DNA of 60,085 nt, filler included, from Sluysia triapertura (taxonomy: Eukaryota): the NCBI GenBank assembly GCA_046118255.1. It is 4 parts of 4 records of this genome, joined end to end, with 100 filler letters (N's around TTAATTAATTAA, not from the genome) between each part and the next. Parts side by side here need not be neighbours in the genome. Positions count along the whole stretch, not along the records: positions 18,451 to 30,434 come from JBJNIA010150272.1; positions 30,535 to 46,668 come from JBJNIA010210034.1; 2 more parts are not named here. The stretch is one strand, 5' to 3'. Numbering within the stretch: the stretch's first letter is position 1; each line of letters starts with the position of its first letter. A program made the position numbers and the translations under genes. This document shows, one piece after another, positions 23,961 to 36,750 of the stretch. Under the pieces are notes generated by a model, which was not told the origin of the DNA, ran no database searches, and saw only the letters and a program-made list of their open reading frames with translations.

Positions 23961-26639
23961 TTTATAAAATAGTAAATTGTATTTCATTAAATTACAAAAA
24001 GTAGGTGTGTTGCTTTTTAGTTTTGGTTATTGGTATCAATCAAATAATGAATCAAATTTGACTGGGCGACCGATCAAACCATACTATTGTGTACGATGTC
24101 AATGTAACGTTTCAACAAGTGTCTGTAGACAATAAACATGATATGTTATATTAACTTTAATTAAGTTGTCTACTGACGACAGACAACGACATAAAATTTG
24201 TTACCAGCCAAAATTACACTACTAACGACATAATGATAATATAGATGGTCTCATTGTAATAATAATTGTATTGAAGTAGTTGAATAAAATAAAATAATAA
24301 TAATAACAAAAATATATAAAAATTTCGCTTAAACTTTATTCTCTTTTACATAACTTGTTCTTTAAAAGAAATTCTATTCATATTACCTTAATAAAATTCT
24401 TTTAGGCAAAATTCTTTCTTTAAATGTCTATATTTGCAATGTTGATTTTAATTCTAAATTTCTTTGAAATGACTTTATACAGTGATTACGAAGATATGTA
24501 ATGTGAGAAGAGCTGATAAGGATTGTTTAAAGAAAATAACACATAACTAAAGATGTTAAAGAAATGTCGTTTTGTTTGCAATGTTTAAATGGTTTTAAAA
24601 TGTGAATTTAATGTTTTTCGGTGATATTACAGATTGAGTGTAAAAGGATTGTGAACTTGAAATGTTTTGGATTCATGTTACAATTTATATTTGATAGTTT
24701 AAGATGTAAATTGTGATTCTAATGTTATGAAATTGTAGATTAAAATGTTTTGAATGAAATTTAATGTACATTAATGGTTTTGAATGTAGGTAGGGTTTTT
24801 GTGTTGTAAAGTTGTGGGTTTAAAATATTTTGAAAAATAAAAATACGGTCTTAATGGATCAGAAGGTAAAGTGTAAGATGTTAGTAGATGTGATATTTTA
24901 TGTAAAATAATAATTTTAATTTTGAATGAAAAGGTTGGCCACTACAATATTAATATGATCAAATTATACTACAAAATAATAATTAATGTGGTTTACAAAA
25001 TATCAAAATTCAATAATAATTAATGAAGTTACGAAGATTATTTTTGATTAATAATCTTATGTAAACAAAGTTTAGAAAATAATATGCTCAGTTAACAAAT
25101 TAAATGTTAACTAAAAGGATTGTTCGAAATTTAAGTCGAGATTTTACTATGCAATATTGTTAAATTATTGCTTTAAACTAATGAATTATCAAATTAATTC
25201 TTTATCTGTGATAAGTATTTCTTCCAGCAAGAATTTGGTTATTAATCAAATTGTGTTAAAATTTGCATGTCATTGTGTTTTATGTCTAAGCTTTTATACT
25301 AAAATTTTAACTTTGATTTAATTAAATTATTTATTCGTTAGTTTTAGATCTTTTATCAAAATTAAATAATTATTTTAAATTCAACAAATAATAATAGTAT
25401 CTAAATTGATTTTTATAAATAATATTAATTTACCAATTAATATTCTAAATATTATACATTCCAAAATCGATAATTTTGGTGCACAAAAAATATAATTGTT
25501 CATAAAATATAAAATCAATAATTTTTGTCTATACATATAAACTATAAATAGATAACAATAATTCTTGTCCACATAATAAAACTAATATATGTAATTTGAT
25601 ACTGACAAAAGAATAATCGATGTAGAAAGTATATTAATGTGAATTTTACAATATAGTGAATCGTGAACTTGTCATACAGACATACAAATGTGATATATGT
25701 ATAGTGAATTTTATATAAAAATGTGAATAAATTTTAGACAAATATTATTGATTTTAAATATTCAAATATTACTTATTTTAAATATTATTTATTAATTTCA
25801 TTAATTAACACCTTGGAATAATTTTTAATTCAGTAAAATTTTATGTAAGTAATTTTATTTTTTAATAGTATTTTATTTACATTTTATAAAATAAAATTTA
25901 TTTATTTTAAATTTATAATTTGCTTTATTAAAACCCATCAAGGTTAAATTAAAATAAGTATAAATAATCTCGACATAACATAAATTATCACAAGTTAATT
26001 TTACAAGTTAATTCTTCAAAATTATTATTCTTGGCTAGAAAAGCTTTATTCTGGGAGAGAATATTTTTCAACTTATATTTTGTATGCCTCGTTAGTTTAT
26101 TTTTACTAAGTTTTGTGTACGCGGTAAAATTACTAAATAAAATTTTATTTGTAGGATTAACATTATTAAAGTTACTCAGTGTAAATTTAACCTTTTGTCT
26201 AAATTTTTATTTTAGTAATAAACCATATTTATTCTTTGACATTATTAATTTAAATTACAAGACGAATTATTATTATTAATTAAATTAAATTATTAATTTA
26301 AAACTTCATAAATACTCGTGAACTTAGAAGAAAATAAAATGAAATGAAAATAGAGTAAGAATGAAACTATGGATTTAAGTAGAAATACAAAAATATTATT
26401 TTAATTTAATTATTAATTATTTAATTAAAAATAATGTATGATGTAGATTTTTAAAAGTTTGAATAATTTTATTGAATAATAAGTATTGATTATTTATAAA
26501 ATAATTTAATAATTTTCAAGTTTCATTATCCTAATTGTAAGTAAAGTATGTTCTTGTATATTATTATTATTATTATTATCATTATTATTGTTGGATTATA
26601 ATTTGACAGTCTATGAGACACACATCCATTACCCTTATA

Positions 26640-27026
26640 CATGTGATGAGATTCATGGGAAAACAAAAGATACAAGAACTAAATTTTATGTTTAAAGCAA
26701 TAGAAATATTTAAAGATTATTGAAATATTTTGTTTTAACTAATCACGTGGTTTATTCACTTTTAGTGTCATTGTTTAAAAATATATGAAGCAGTTGAATT
26801 TCGTAGTCATTTGTTCAGAGTAATGCAAGAAGCAAGTGAATAAAAGTGTGGGCTGTACTTTCTAAAATTATGGATGTCTTTTTTATGTTATCCCCGAAAT
26901 TAAAGTGCAGAAATCAATAAGAAATATGACATTTTCCCTTTAATATCTTTATTTCTTTGAGCATTTTGTGAAAAACTTTCGAATTTATGTTGATAGTCTT
27001 CTATTAAGGCTTGTTTTAAGTTTTTA

Positions 27027-27059
<33 letters not shown>

Positions 27060-27560
27060 TTCAAAATTAGTGAAAGGGTTATTTCGACGAGCTATTTCAA
27101 AGATAAGCTTATATTTTGTAGAATATTAATAGAAATTCTGTAACTAAGGACCGTTGCCATGAACCTTTCCGAATTCAAATAAATAAATAAAGATTGTATA
27201 CTCTGATTAAACATCATTAAACTTTTTCATAGAAATTAATCGAACTTATTTAATCCCAATCGAGCAATGCTTATTATATGCTGATAATATTCTAACAAAC
27301 CCAATAAATTTTCCCTGGTCAGTTAATGTCGTGATATTTTAAGTATCTTTTCTCTATAGTATTTTTAAAATAGCCGTTGTTTTGTGTCATAAACTACAAT
27401 ATCTTTGTAAACTAATTATGTGCGACATGTTCCAATCGATTTAGTACTCGGTTTAGTGTTTCACTTTCAGAAACGTTCTTTGATGTATTTTCGATTTGTT
27501 TGACAAATTTGATATTTAAATTCAAAATTCAATAAATCAAAGTAAAACGGAACCTCGCTT
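26640..27560 (-). mobile_element. Possible highly decayed mariner remnant
   Basis: Frameshifted GKV/MATV at 27148-27170 (compare mariner GKVMATVFW) and DYEIQLLH further downstream. Confidence 0.3.
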
Positions 27561-27874
27561 ATATTCTGTATGACACGATTAATACAATTTAACAATTATT
27601 ACAATGAACATACGAATTTATAAACATATGAAATGATAATGATGACTTAAATAAAACATAAAGGATAAGTAAAATAAATAATGAAAAAAGAATAAAATGA
27701 TAAATAATGTACTTTTTCATAAACAATAAAATATATATCTAACAATTTTACAATTTTATATATATCAATTAATTTGATGTTTAATTTAATTGCAATTGTT
27801 TCTTTTTAAACTTCTTAAATATTCACTGCGTTATTTGAATATCTAAGTCGTCTTTGTTTTAATAATAATAATAA

Positions 27875-28055
27875 TAACATATTAATTTGCGCTCCTATCT
27901 ACTGCAAAGTAAATAAATAAATCATTCATTATAATATTTCTGAAACAACTTTGCCTTCTTAAATATTTCATAATCTTCCAGTAACTTGACATTCTCTGGT
28001 AGTACTGCTTGTGTATTTTTGAAACATAAACGGCACACAACCCACCACCAGCTCG
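27875..28055 (-). mobile_element. L2-like LINE 3' fragment (copy 4)
   Basis: VLPENVKLLEDYEIFKKAKLFQKYY in ORF 27922-28209, followed by a (TAT)n tail. Confidence 0.8.
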
Positions 28056-28426
28056 GGCGCTGCATTAATATGTTTATTAGTTTTGTAGTCTTGGACTTAA
28101 TCTTTCGATTAAAATTTAATAAAGTTACCTTAATAATGTATTTATTGTTTTCATAAACAAATTTTAATTTAAATAATATAAGAAGTTTATTTACAAATAG
28201 CAAAGACACAAGATAAAGAACATTAATTTATTATTGGTTTTATTAGATATAACACTTTTACTAAATATTGTTAACTTTATTATCACATTGATCGACACGT
28301 TTGAATTTAGATATACCATAGATCTGCTAAATTGGAAATTCCTTAAGCAAAATTAATTGAAATCAAATATTTGTTTTAAAAATATAAAAATTAAAATTTA
28401 CTTTCACTTCTAAATTATTGTTAAGG

Positions 28427-29760
28427 CTAAATTATACAATATGGTACAACTTGAATTTTGTTAATATTTAGATTTTCATGGACTTCATTGATTCTTAAGG
28501 ATACGATAAGGTTATTTATTCGATCCATATGTTGATTGAAATTGTCATTTATAACGCCAATATGATAAATTTCTGTAACATCATGATAATATTGACATTT
28601 TGAAGCAAACTTTCGGCATCTTCCTGATTCATTTGTTTGGAAAGGGCACTGCGCCAAATGTTTATGTATACTGAAAGCTGGACTTGAACTAATAGTTGAT
28701 TTAACAACATCATTTTTATGATTGATGAAATCAACAATTGTATTATATTTATTTTTGAGTTCATTTTTGTGTATCATGCCGTATTGCGATTCTATGAATT
28801 GTACTTGGGAGTAGATGTATTATTATTAACAAACTTGTATTCAGTTGAAAAAAAATTAAATCAACATTATTATATTTGACCAAAAAATTAAAGAAATTTG
28901 ACTTTGCAAATGTATTTCGTAACTATAATTTAAATTACAATTCAAATCAATGATTGAAAATTTATTAAAAACATGAATTGAACATGCATAAATTATTGTT
29001 TCTTCATTTCTTGAATCCGCTACAGTTGATCGTCCTAATGTTAAAATTACAAAGTAAAATGAATAAGTATGAACATCATAAAATATAAAACTCGTTATTG
29101 ATAAAATAAAATTTACTTTGTTAGAATCATTATCGAACTGATTACGAAACTCAATTGGATGATCTGGATACATTGTCAGGATCGGCTCAAACTGATTGAA
29201 ATTGTGCGCATAAGGACATTGATCTTTGTAAATATATTGTGTGTTGTCTGGAATGGACATATTGCTCTTTTCACAGACTTAAATCCTTTACTAATATGAT
29301 TGATTCCGAAATTAACTTTTTTATGAATTGGATAAAATAGCGATTGATTGATTGTATTTCTTCGAACATGTACATGTTGTATTGTTTGAGTCAATTAATT
29401 ATGATCTTTATAATCAAAGTTTTCATTGGTAAACATAACGAATGATCTCGATAGAATTTGAGGAATTTCATTGTTCTCCGATTTAATTTTAGGATCAAAT
29501 TGTGAATTCATGAAACGAATTGAATTGTTATTACTTTGATAATTTAATAAATTAATTGTCTTGAATTGTTTATAGTTGAATGATGCATCTGCAGTAGATA
29601 AAGGAAAATTCAAAGCCTGATTGTCTGGTAGATTAACATCAGTTGATGACTTTAATTCATAGATAATATTACGAAGATATGCAATGTTTGTTAAACACAA
29701 TTCACTTAGTGACCTGCTCGATAATGATGGTTGAGTGCGAACTACATATTGTAGACTAAG
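28427..29760 (-). pseudogene. Frameshifted pseudogene with two CCCH-type zinc fingers
   Basis: Contiguous co-oriented ORF pieces. Finger 1 is ICPFQTTHN./YKDQCPYAH (split by a frameshift). Finger 2 is QCPFQTNESGRCRKFASKCQYYH. Confidence 0.6.
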
Positions 29761-30434
29761 ATCTACATGTCCTTTGAAAAAAGTGGTTCATTAATATCAT
29801 TAATTTGTAGACAATTATGATTGTATCGATATCTAATTTTGTGAAACATAGTTGAATTTTTTGCTTCTATCATTAAAAAAATTTTTTTTAATCAAATTAT
29901 TGTTATTGTTTTATTTACTCTGTTACTTTCTTTATCTTTAAATTTTTTTTATTTCAATTAGACAATCTCTTATGATTGGCGCGCTATACATTTAATATTG
30001 TATTGATTAACAATCTTTGCACATCAATAACAAATAAGATTCGGACTGATAATGAATGTATGTCACCATGCAGTTTTCACAAATAATGATGGGAACATGG
30101 TGACAGATGAAATTGATTTATGCTATACTAAATGGTATGTCGTACCAAATGATTTGTCAACTAGAATTGATTTTATACAGTAACTAAAAAATAATGACAC
30201 TGCTAATTGCGAGGATAATACAAATGACAATAATAATGATAATACTAACTAAAATGATAAAAGTACAATTAATAATTTTATAATTATGTAAGTATTAATA
30301 ATAATAATAATAATACAAGATTTTCTCTACTATTGCAAAATGTCTCTGAAGGTTTGCCCGACTAATTAGGTACGATTTATATCAAAAGAAGACGTCCTAA
30401 TTAGATTTGAATTTTAGAGGAATTACCTTAACAG

Positions 30435-30534
30435 NNNNNNNNNNNNNNNNNNNNNNNNNNNNNNNNNNNNNNNNNNNNTTAATTAATTAANNNNNNNNNN
30501 NNNNNNNNNNNNNNNNNNNNNNNNNNNNNNNNNN
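30435..30534. other. Artificial assembly spacer
   Basis: N44-TTAATTAATTAA-N44. Confidence 0.98.
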
Positions 30535-30542
30535 TTTTATAT

Positions 30543-30866
30543 TTACACAACCCTTTTATTAAGGTGTTGTTATATAAAAATGATTTTAGTATTTTATTTA
30601 GTTGTGACTTAGTTCCCTAATATAATCAAAAAACAAAATTTCTTAAAACTTGAATGTTTTTTATTAACTAATTACACTTCTACTTTATTGTTACAGAAAA
30701 CAAAATAAAAATTATAATAAAAATAATCAGTTTACTAATTCAACACTGAGGTTGATTAGATAATGTATTTTAATTGAATGTTTCTCAACCCTTTCTTTAA
30801 GGTGTTGACGAAAAATTATTTTTTAGATTTTACGTAATATTTTGAATATCCCTCTTAGGGTGATAT
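30543..30866. repeat. Array of imperfect hairpin motifs CAACC-(N)-AAGGTGTTG
   Basis: Copies at about 30546, 30741 (short), 30786 and 30850 (degenerate). The same motif occurs at 46196-46320. Confidence 0.7.
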
Positions 30867-31146
30867 TATCAAACTTATTAAATAAAAAATTACTTTGATT
30901 GCATGGAATTTTTATAAAAATTTTCTTCAATGATTCTTCAAAAATAAATTTCTTCTTGAACTAAAATTTTTCTTAAAAAATTCTTCTTAAGATTAAAATC
31001 AAAATTCTTCTTTATCTTTTGGAATAATTCTCCGTAAATTTTGTCTGAAAAATTGTGTAAATTTATTAAGAAAAACCCTACCTATTTATAGCAATAAATC
31101 CTCAAAATGGTCTCCAATAAATTAATTGATTAGTTTAAACAAAATG

Positions 31147-31243
31147 ATAAATATTTATAAAATTAATTATTTTAAATTATTATTTATTAAAAATTATTTT
31201 AAATAAATATTTATAAAATTAATTATTTTAAATTATTATTTAA
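31147..31243. repeat. Tandem duplication of a ~55-bp AT-only unit
   Basis: ataaatatttataaaattaattattttta aattattattta occurs twice. Confidence 0.8.
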
Positions 31244-31406
31244 TTATTATTTATAATTTTTATAATCTTATTAAAATTAAATTTTACTTAAATTTATTAA
31301 TTTTATTTAATAGTTTATTTTTATAATAATAATATTGATTTTAGAAATAAACATATATAAATTTTTTACACATAAATAAAAAAACACAAAAACACAAAAT
31401 TATTTC

Positions 31407-31486
31407 TTACAATTTGACAGACCGTAAAAAGCTGTCTTAACGCCTAAAATCATTTTACATTTGACAGACCGTACAAAGGCTGTCTC
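31407..31486. repeat. Direct repeat of a hairpin-capable unit
   Basis: atttgacagaccgtaaaaagctgtct and atttgacagaccgtacaaaggctgtct, each with a GACAG/CTGTC stem. Confidence 0.8.
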
Positions 31487-31949
31487 AAAGTTATTATTAC
31501 TATTACTATCTCTAATCATATTATATTTAGGTTATAATTAGTAAGGAAACTTTCTATCCTTTAAACTATTTTGAACTAATTTAAGCCTGATTAGACCGTC
31601 GTCTATTAGTGACGTAAATCGTTTTCTAATCAGCCGGACTTATCTCCAGATAAACATTTTGTAAGTAGGTTCTGTCTTGTAGGAACACTTGCACAACTAA
31701 TCAAATTAATCAGTATCTGATGCTTGTGTTTTAAATTCTACATGACCATCATTATTATGTATTGTATTGATAATATAAATCTCTTCAAAAGATGCATTTT
31801 CTACAACCACTTAAGAATGAGAACGAATAAAAATACGTAGTTCAATTTTTGTACAATTTCTTATTTATCATTAAATATAATTCCACTTATTTTTCGCTTT
31901 TTTGGTTAATTAAACCTATTTCAGTAAATTTTTAAACTACTTGTGATAA

Positions 31950-32200
31950 GTACTATGTAGCTTTTCAATAACAACAACAACTGGTAATGCCTCTTTTGCT
32001 CAGTTTCCATAGATTCAACTACTGGTCTTTCTTTTTGACACTTTTTAAATACTAAGAAATTCATTTGAACTGTCTAAATTTGGATATTTGTTAATTTAAT
32101 TAATTTAATCCCATTTCTAAGAATCAATGTTCCAGTGGCTCCACTCTCTAGTAGAAGTTTAATAGACTGTGAAATTATTAATACTGGAAGTATTATGCAT
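31950..32200 (-). mobile_element. Retroviral-type aspartic protease remnant (Gypsy-like)
   Basis: SIKLLLESGATGTLI at 32122-32166 (compare the LLDSGA active site, here D to E). Confidence 0.45.
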
Positions 32201-32454
32201 GAAGTATCATATGCTGAAATGTACTTTTATAAGAATTATAATTTACAAATTCAAATCACGTATAAAAATCATAACTCAATTTGTTGCTATTTTGTTAGAA
32301 ATAGATAAAGAAGATGAAATGAAATACTAAACAAATTCAACATACCAAATGTAGTACCAGAAAATCCTAATGTTCTGAATATGTAACAATATTATTGAAT
32401 TAGTGTCATAATTGCTCTTATTAAGAAATAACATTAAGATATTTTATTAAGAAA

Positions 32455-32622
32455 TGACATTCTCTGGAAGTACTGGTTGTATAATTTTGAAACATAAATG
32501 GTATACAACTTATCGCTTAGCTCTTATTATCACTGTGGATTCTGTATAGATTATTAATGCCTCAATGAAATATTCATCTTGGTTTCCAATATTTTAATAA
32601 TTTCTAAGAGATATTCAGGACT
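32455..32622 (-). mobile_element. L2-like LINE fragment (copy 5)
   Basis: Near-identical to 7960-8130. Confidence 0.8.
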
Positions 32623-33021
32623 TATTTTTAATCACAAACTCTTAAAACTCATAAATTTTAGTAATTTATTCTAACATTCTTCGTTTCAATTACAACTCAA
32701 TTCATTTCTATTACCTTTAACAATAAACAATTAAGCTTTAAACAATTCATTATCTTAACATGAAACAACAACGATAACCGAGATGTAGTACACCTCGTTG
32801 TTCCTTCACAGCATGTTATCAGTTTTATTTCTTTTTATTTATATGTAAGAACAATAAAGAATAGAAAGAAAATGCGGTGTAGTTTGTTAAAGGAAAGATT
32901 CATGTGATTTTTATTTAATGACAATAATAATAATAACAATAATTTTATTGTTATTATTATTATTATGATTTATTCAATCTATTTTAATAATTTTAATTTA
33001 TTTTTGCCAAAATAGTTACTG

Positions 33022-33175
33022 CCGTCATCAGTACTGATAACGTTGTTTAAAAATGTCATTGGAGTGACATAACTGATGACGGTTGATAATCTTTAATTAA
33101 TTTTATAAATGAATTTTATTCATTACCCAATCAGAGTAAACATTACTGACAATACTCACAAATCCTCTGATTGGG
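33022..33175. promoter_or_regulatory. Two 11-bp inverted-repeat pairs, one made of opposed CCAAT boxes; promoter-like
   Basis: ccgtcatcagt (33022) / actgatgacgg (33072) and cccaatcagag (33126) / ctctgattggg (33165), about 130 nt upstream of the ATG at 33303. Confidence 0.4.
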
Positions 33176-33302
33176 CAGACTAAAAAATAGCATAACAGAT
33201 TTTTCAATAATCAGATACAATATTATTATTATTATTATTCATTTAACAATAAAAGTTATACTGAGACAAAAAAATTAAAAAGTCTTCGAAGTTAATTCAT
33301 AA

Positions 33303-34956
33303 ATGCTACACAAACCATCGTTAGATGATTTTAGATTTGCTTTGGCCGATCACTCTGATCTGTTATCTGTCAACCACTCCCATTCAATTTATTCAAAATT
33401 ACGGAAAAGGCAACTAAAAGGACATAATTCTGTACAAATTCGTGAAAATTTACTACCATACAAGAGCGAAATGAAAAGACTCGTAGACCGAAAATCGTTT
33501 CCATGTTTAATACATTTATCTTCACATCAGCCTAATGATGAATTCATCAGTACTCTCAGTGATGGATGTACATATCTGAACCGTAATGTCGTCAATAAGA
33601 TAATTAATTATAGATTAATTTTGCCTCTTTCGACAAATATAATTATTTCTGCAAAATTTGGATAAGTTCATTTTTATTAATTGCAATAACAACTACGTTA
33701 AATAACAAACAGCAGCTTATTGACTCTGATTTTCAAGTTAATGTTGTCCAAGTAGAAATGCACGTTAATAAGAAATTTTTAACGCAAGATTTGTCAACAG
33801 ATTACAATATACTTGTTCCTATCAATTTGATGTTGAAAAATTTAAATTATCTCAAGCTAAAGTTCGTTACATTCATCATTCAACCGCAATAAAAAAAGAG
33901 TATTCTTGCTTAGATCAATTTCCGTCAAGGAATTATTCAATTAATTCGAAAATGTTCTTATATTCTCAAGATGATAATGATTACCAAACAGAATCAGACA
34001 AAGAACCATATTCATTAGTGCCAGAACGACCATGTCGTGATATTGTCAAAGATATACTTAGTAATAAAGATTCTGCTCATATAATAATAGCCAATTACAA
34101 CGAGACGAATGAAATTATAATGATTTATGTTATCACAGTGTACAAATACATCGATACTAGTAGTTTCAATGCAAAAACCATCATGATGCTTATATTATGT
34201 TCTCAACCTCACACAGGTTCATGCTAACCAAACTAGTGTTAGTTACAAAAATAGATAAATCAATAAGAGAATATGAGTTTAACACCTCTTCAGTAATACA
34301 ACAACTAACGTCTTATAATGTTAACTGTGTCTATCTCAGTTTTATTAACAATGCTGTTATATTCGATTACACTCCGACAACACTCCGATGAGTTACTCCG
34401 GTTCCAAGTCTCAATATGTAAAGGTACAGTTCCGCAATCTACAGCATTTAGGTATAACAATATAATTGATATGGAAGGTAATCTTTTTACAAATGTCTTA
34501 GTTGGGTCTGTGAAGTACAACAAAAAAATTTGTGGAAAAACAGGGGCCGAATATGAAAAGATAAAGAATGCGGTTGTAATTTTTGTCATGAACCAATTAG
34601 ATCTTGAGTTTACGACGATTTATAATTTAATAAAATTTTGTGTTTATAATTGCAAAATGTTACTTCTTTATTTAATGGATAAAATATCATATATATGCTC
34701 CGTAAAAATGAATAAATATGAATTTATTGACAAACTGAAAATCAAATTAGTTAAATTAATAAAAAGATATATTAAGATCGAAAAATCATATAAAATTCAT
34801 GAGACGAAGAATCATAAGCATATTAAATATCATAATGAAAGACTGTTGAATCCTAATTCAATTCTATATATAGGTCAAGCTATTCATTGTAGGAATGAAG
34901 TAATTTACGACGTAATAGGCGTAAAAAGACTCATACCAAGTTCTTATGTGAAATAA
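33303..34956 (+). pseudogene. Fragmented ORF of unknown family
   Basis: Four co-oriented ORFs (120, 91, 64 and 212 aa) with normal amino-acid complexity over 1.65 kb, broken by stops and frameshifts. Confidence 0.45.
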
Positions 34957-35989
34957 AACTTATTAAATTAGCCTTAAAATTAGATAACAATTATTAACGC
35001 CCTAAACACACTAAAACTCCAAATTGGTATCAGGAGCACATAAAAACCCAAACATGTTAATTATTATCTTTACCTTTTGAACAAAGATTTTATTTCTCAA
35101 TCATTTTAAAGATTTTATACACTTTATGATATTACTCGATGACCTTAGATGCTTATCAAGGTTTCATGAATACTCAAAGGTTAATAAGGTCTTAAGTGAT
35201 CTAAAGGTACCTTAATGCTTCTAAAGGATTTTCAAGTCCATCTCAAACACTTACATAGGTCCTTGGAACCTTAAGATATTTTTTAACTGTTCACATTATT
35301 ATAAATGTTTTCTTTATCATGATTCTTATTTCAGCAATGTTTATAATCTTCAATCCATCGCTTGTATCAGTTTATCCCTCATTTTTTGATTTTATATATT
35401 TTCATTCATCCCCAGATCCTCAATTGGGCAATCCCAACATAATAAATGTGAAAATTCCCAAATTCGTATTCGAAATGAAATTTAATATATCATTCTATTG
35501 CAATGACAACTATTCTTAAACGCTGTATATCGTCTTAAAATTAGTATTTCTCATGGTTCACAGACCCTTTCTATACACACTCATTAGTTTTTTATCCTTG
35601 ATAACTAAAAAACCATTATTTTGCATAGCAAGGATCTGATTTTTCTACTACCTGCTAAATGAACGTTCTCATTTCACTATCTTATAAATTACCTTGAATA
35701 AATAAAGTGAATAAATAAATAATAAATAAATAAATAATAAATAAAGTGAATAAAAGAAAACAATATAATATAAATATTATGTAATTATTATCATTATTAT
35801 TTTCTATTATTAAAAGAAATAATTCCAAGTAATTTAAAATTATTAATAACAATATCTATTTAAGAATCAAGTTCTGTTAACAAACAATGAATTATATTGT
35901 TTTATAACTGAGTTATTTCTTATAATTATAATTTATTGCTAAAAAAAGAATAATAATAAATAATGATATTTAACCTAAAAAGACAATAA

Positions 35990-36750
35990 ATGGCTACACA
36001 ATATTATAGATGCTTTTAGAATAGAAATCTTTTTATTGTATTTCGAAATATTTCTTAGCTAGAAGCATTAATTCAAATGTTCAAAAATTCTGCCTTCTCA
36101 AGAATTTTTTATCACTTAAAAAATTCACTCAGAACTATATTTTGAATATTTGAATTCATACGGTTCTAATACTTCGATCAATCTTTTGGCATTAATTGTA
36201 CTTTGTATTTTGACATAATCATGAAGATAAGAATATGTAGCATTTATGATATGCCATTTTCCAAAAAATCAAGTATTATAGAACCATCTATGTTCCAAAA
36301 AAATAGAGAATATCATGAATTTATCAAATGAATTTCCAGAATATTTTATTCATGAAATCCTTTTCAAGTAAATATAAACTCAAACAAGTAACCAAATATC
36401 ACAATAAACTATTATTTTATTGTTCATTTTACATAACTCAAGACATTTTTGGACTATCTTTCAAATCTGGTGCCAATTTTTTTAACTACGTAAACATTAA
36501 TGTATCCAACTGCAGAATATAAAAATTGACATTTGACGATTCTAATCTGAAAGTTTGAAGGTTTATCATTTCAACTGTTACCAAAAACAAAAATTCTTCC
36601 ATAAGTTCACGTGTAAGGATTCTTTGAATATTTCATTTCCTTGCGAATTTTTCATAAAATATAATATTAAAACTATAGCACCAAAATATTTAGTCGACCC
36701 AGACCTCATTATAATTATAATCAATGATTTCTTTGTTTTCGTTGACTAAT
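35990..36750 (-). mobile_element. Decayed mariner (DD34D-type) transposase
   Basis: KFMIFSIF/WNIDGSIILDFLENG/INATY at about 36235-36323 matches mariner KVMLSVFWD..G.I..DFL..G.TINA.YY. C-terminal KYFEIQ*KDFYSKSI. Confidence 0.55.

Noticed and set aside
24540-24910. C-depleted, G/T-skewed tract suggesting mitochondrial DNA or a satellite
   Set aside because: No mitochondrial gene motif or clear period; treated as low complexity.
30543-30866. CRISPR-like repeat-spacer array
   Set aside because: Eukaryotic context, irregular spacing, divergent repeats and no cas genes.
31590-31602. ttagaccgtcgt resembles LSU rRNA GGTTTAGACCGTCGTGAGAC
   Set aside because: Only a 12-nt match; the context does not continue.
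33072-33082. CTGATGA hammerhead ribozyme core
   Set aside because: No properly placed GAAA and stem II/III; the sequence is one arm of an inverted repeat.
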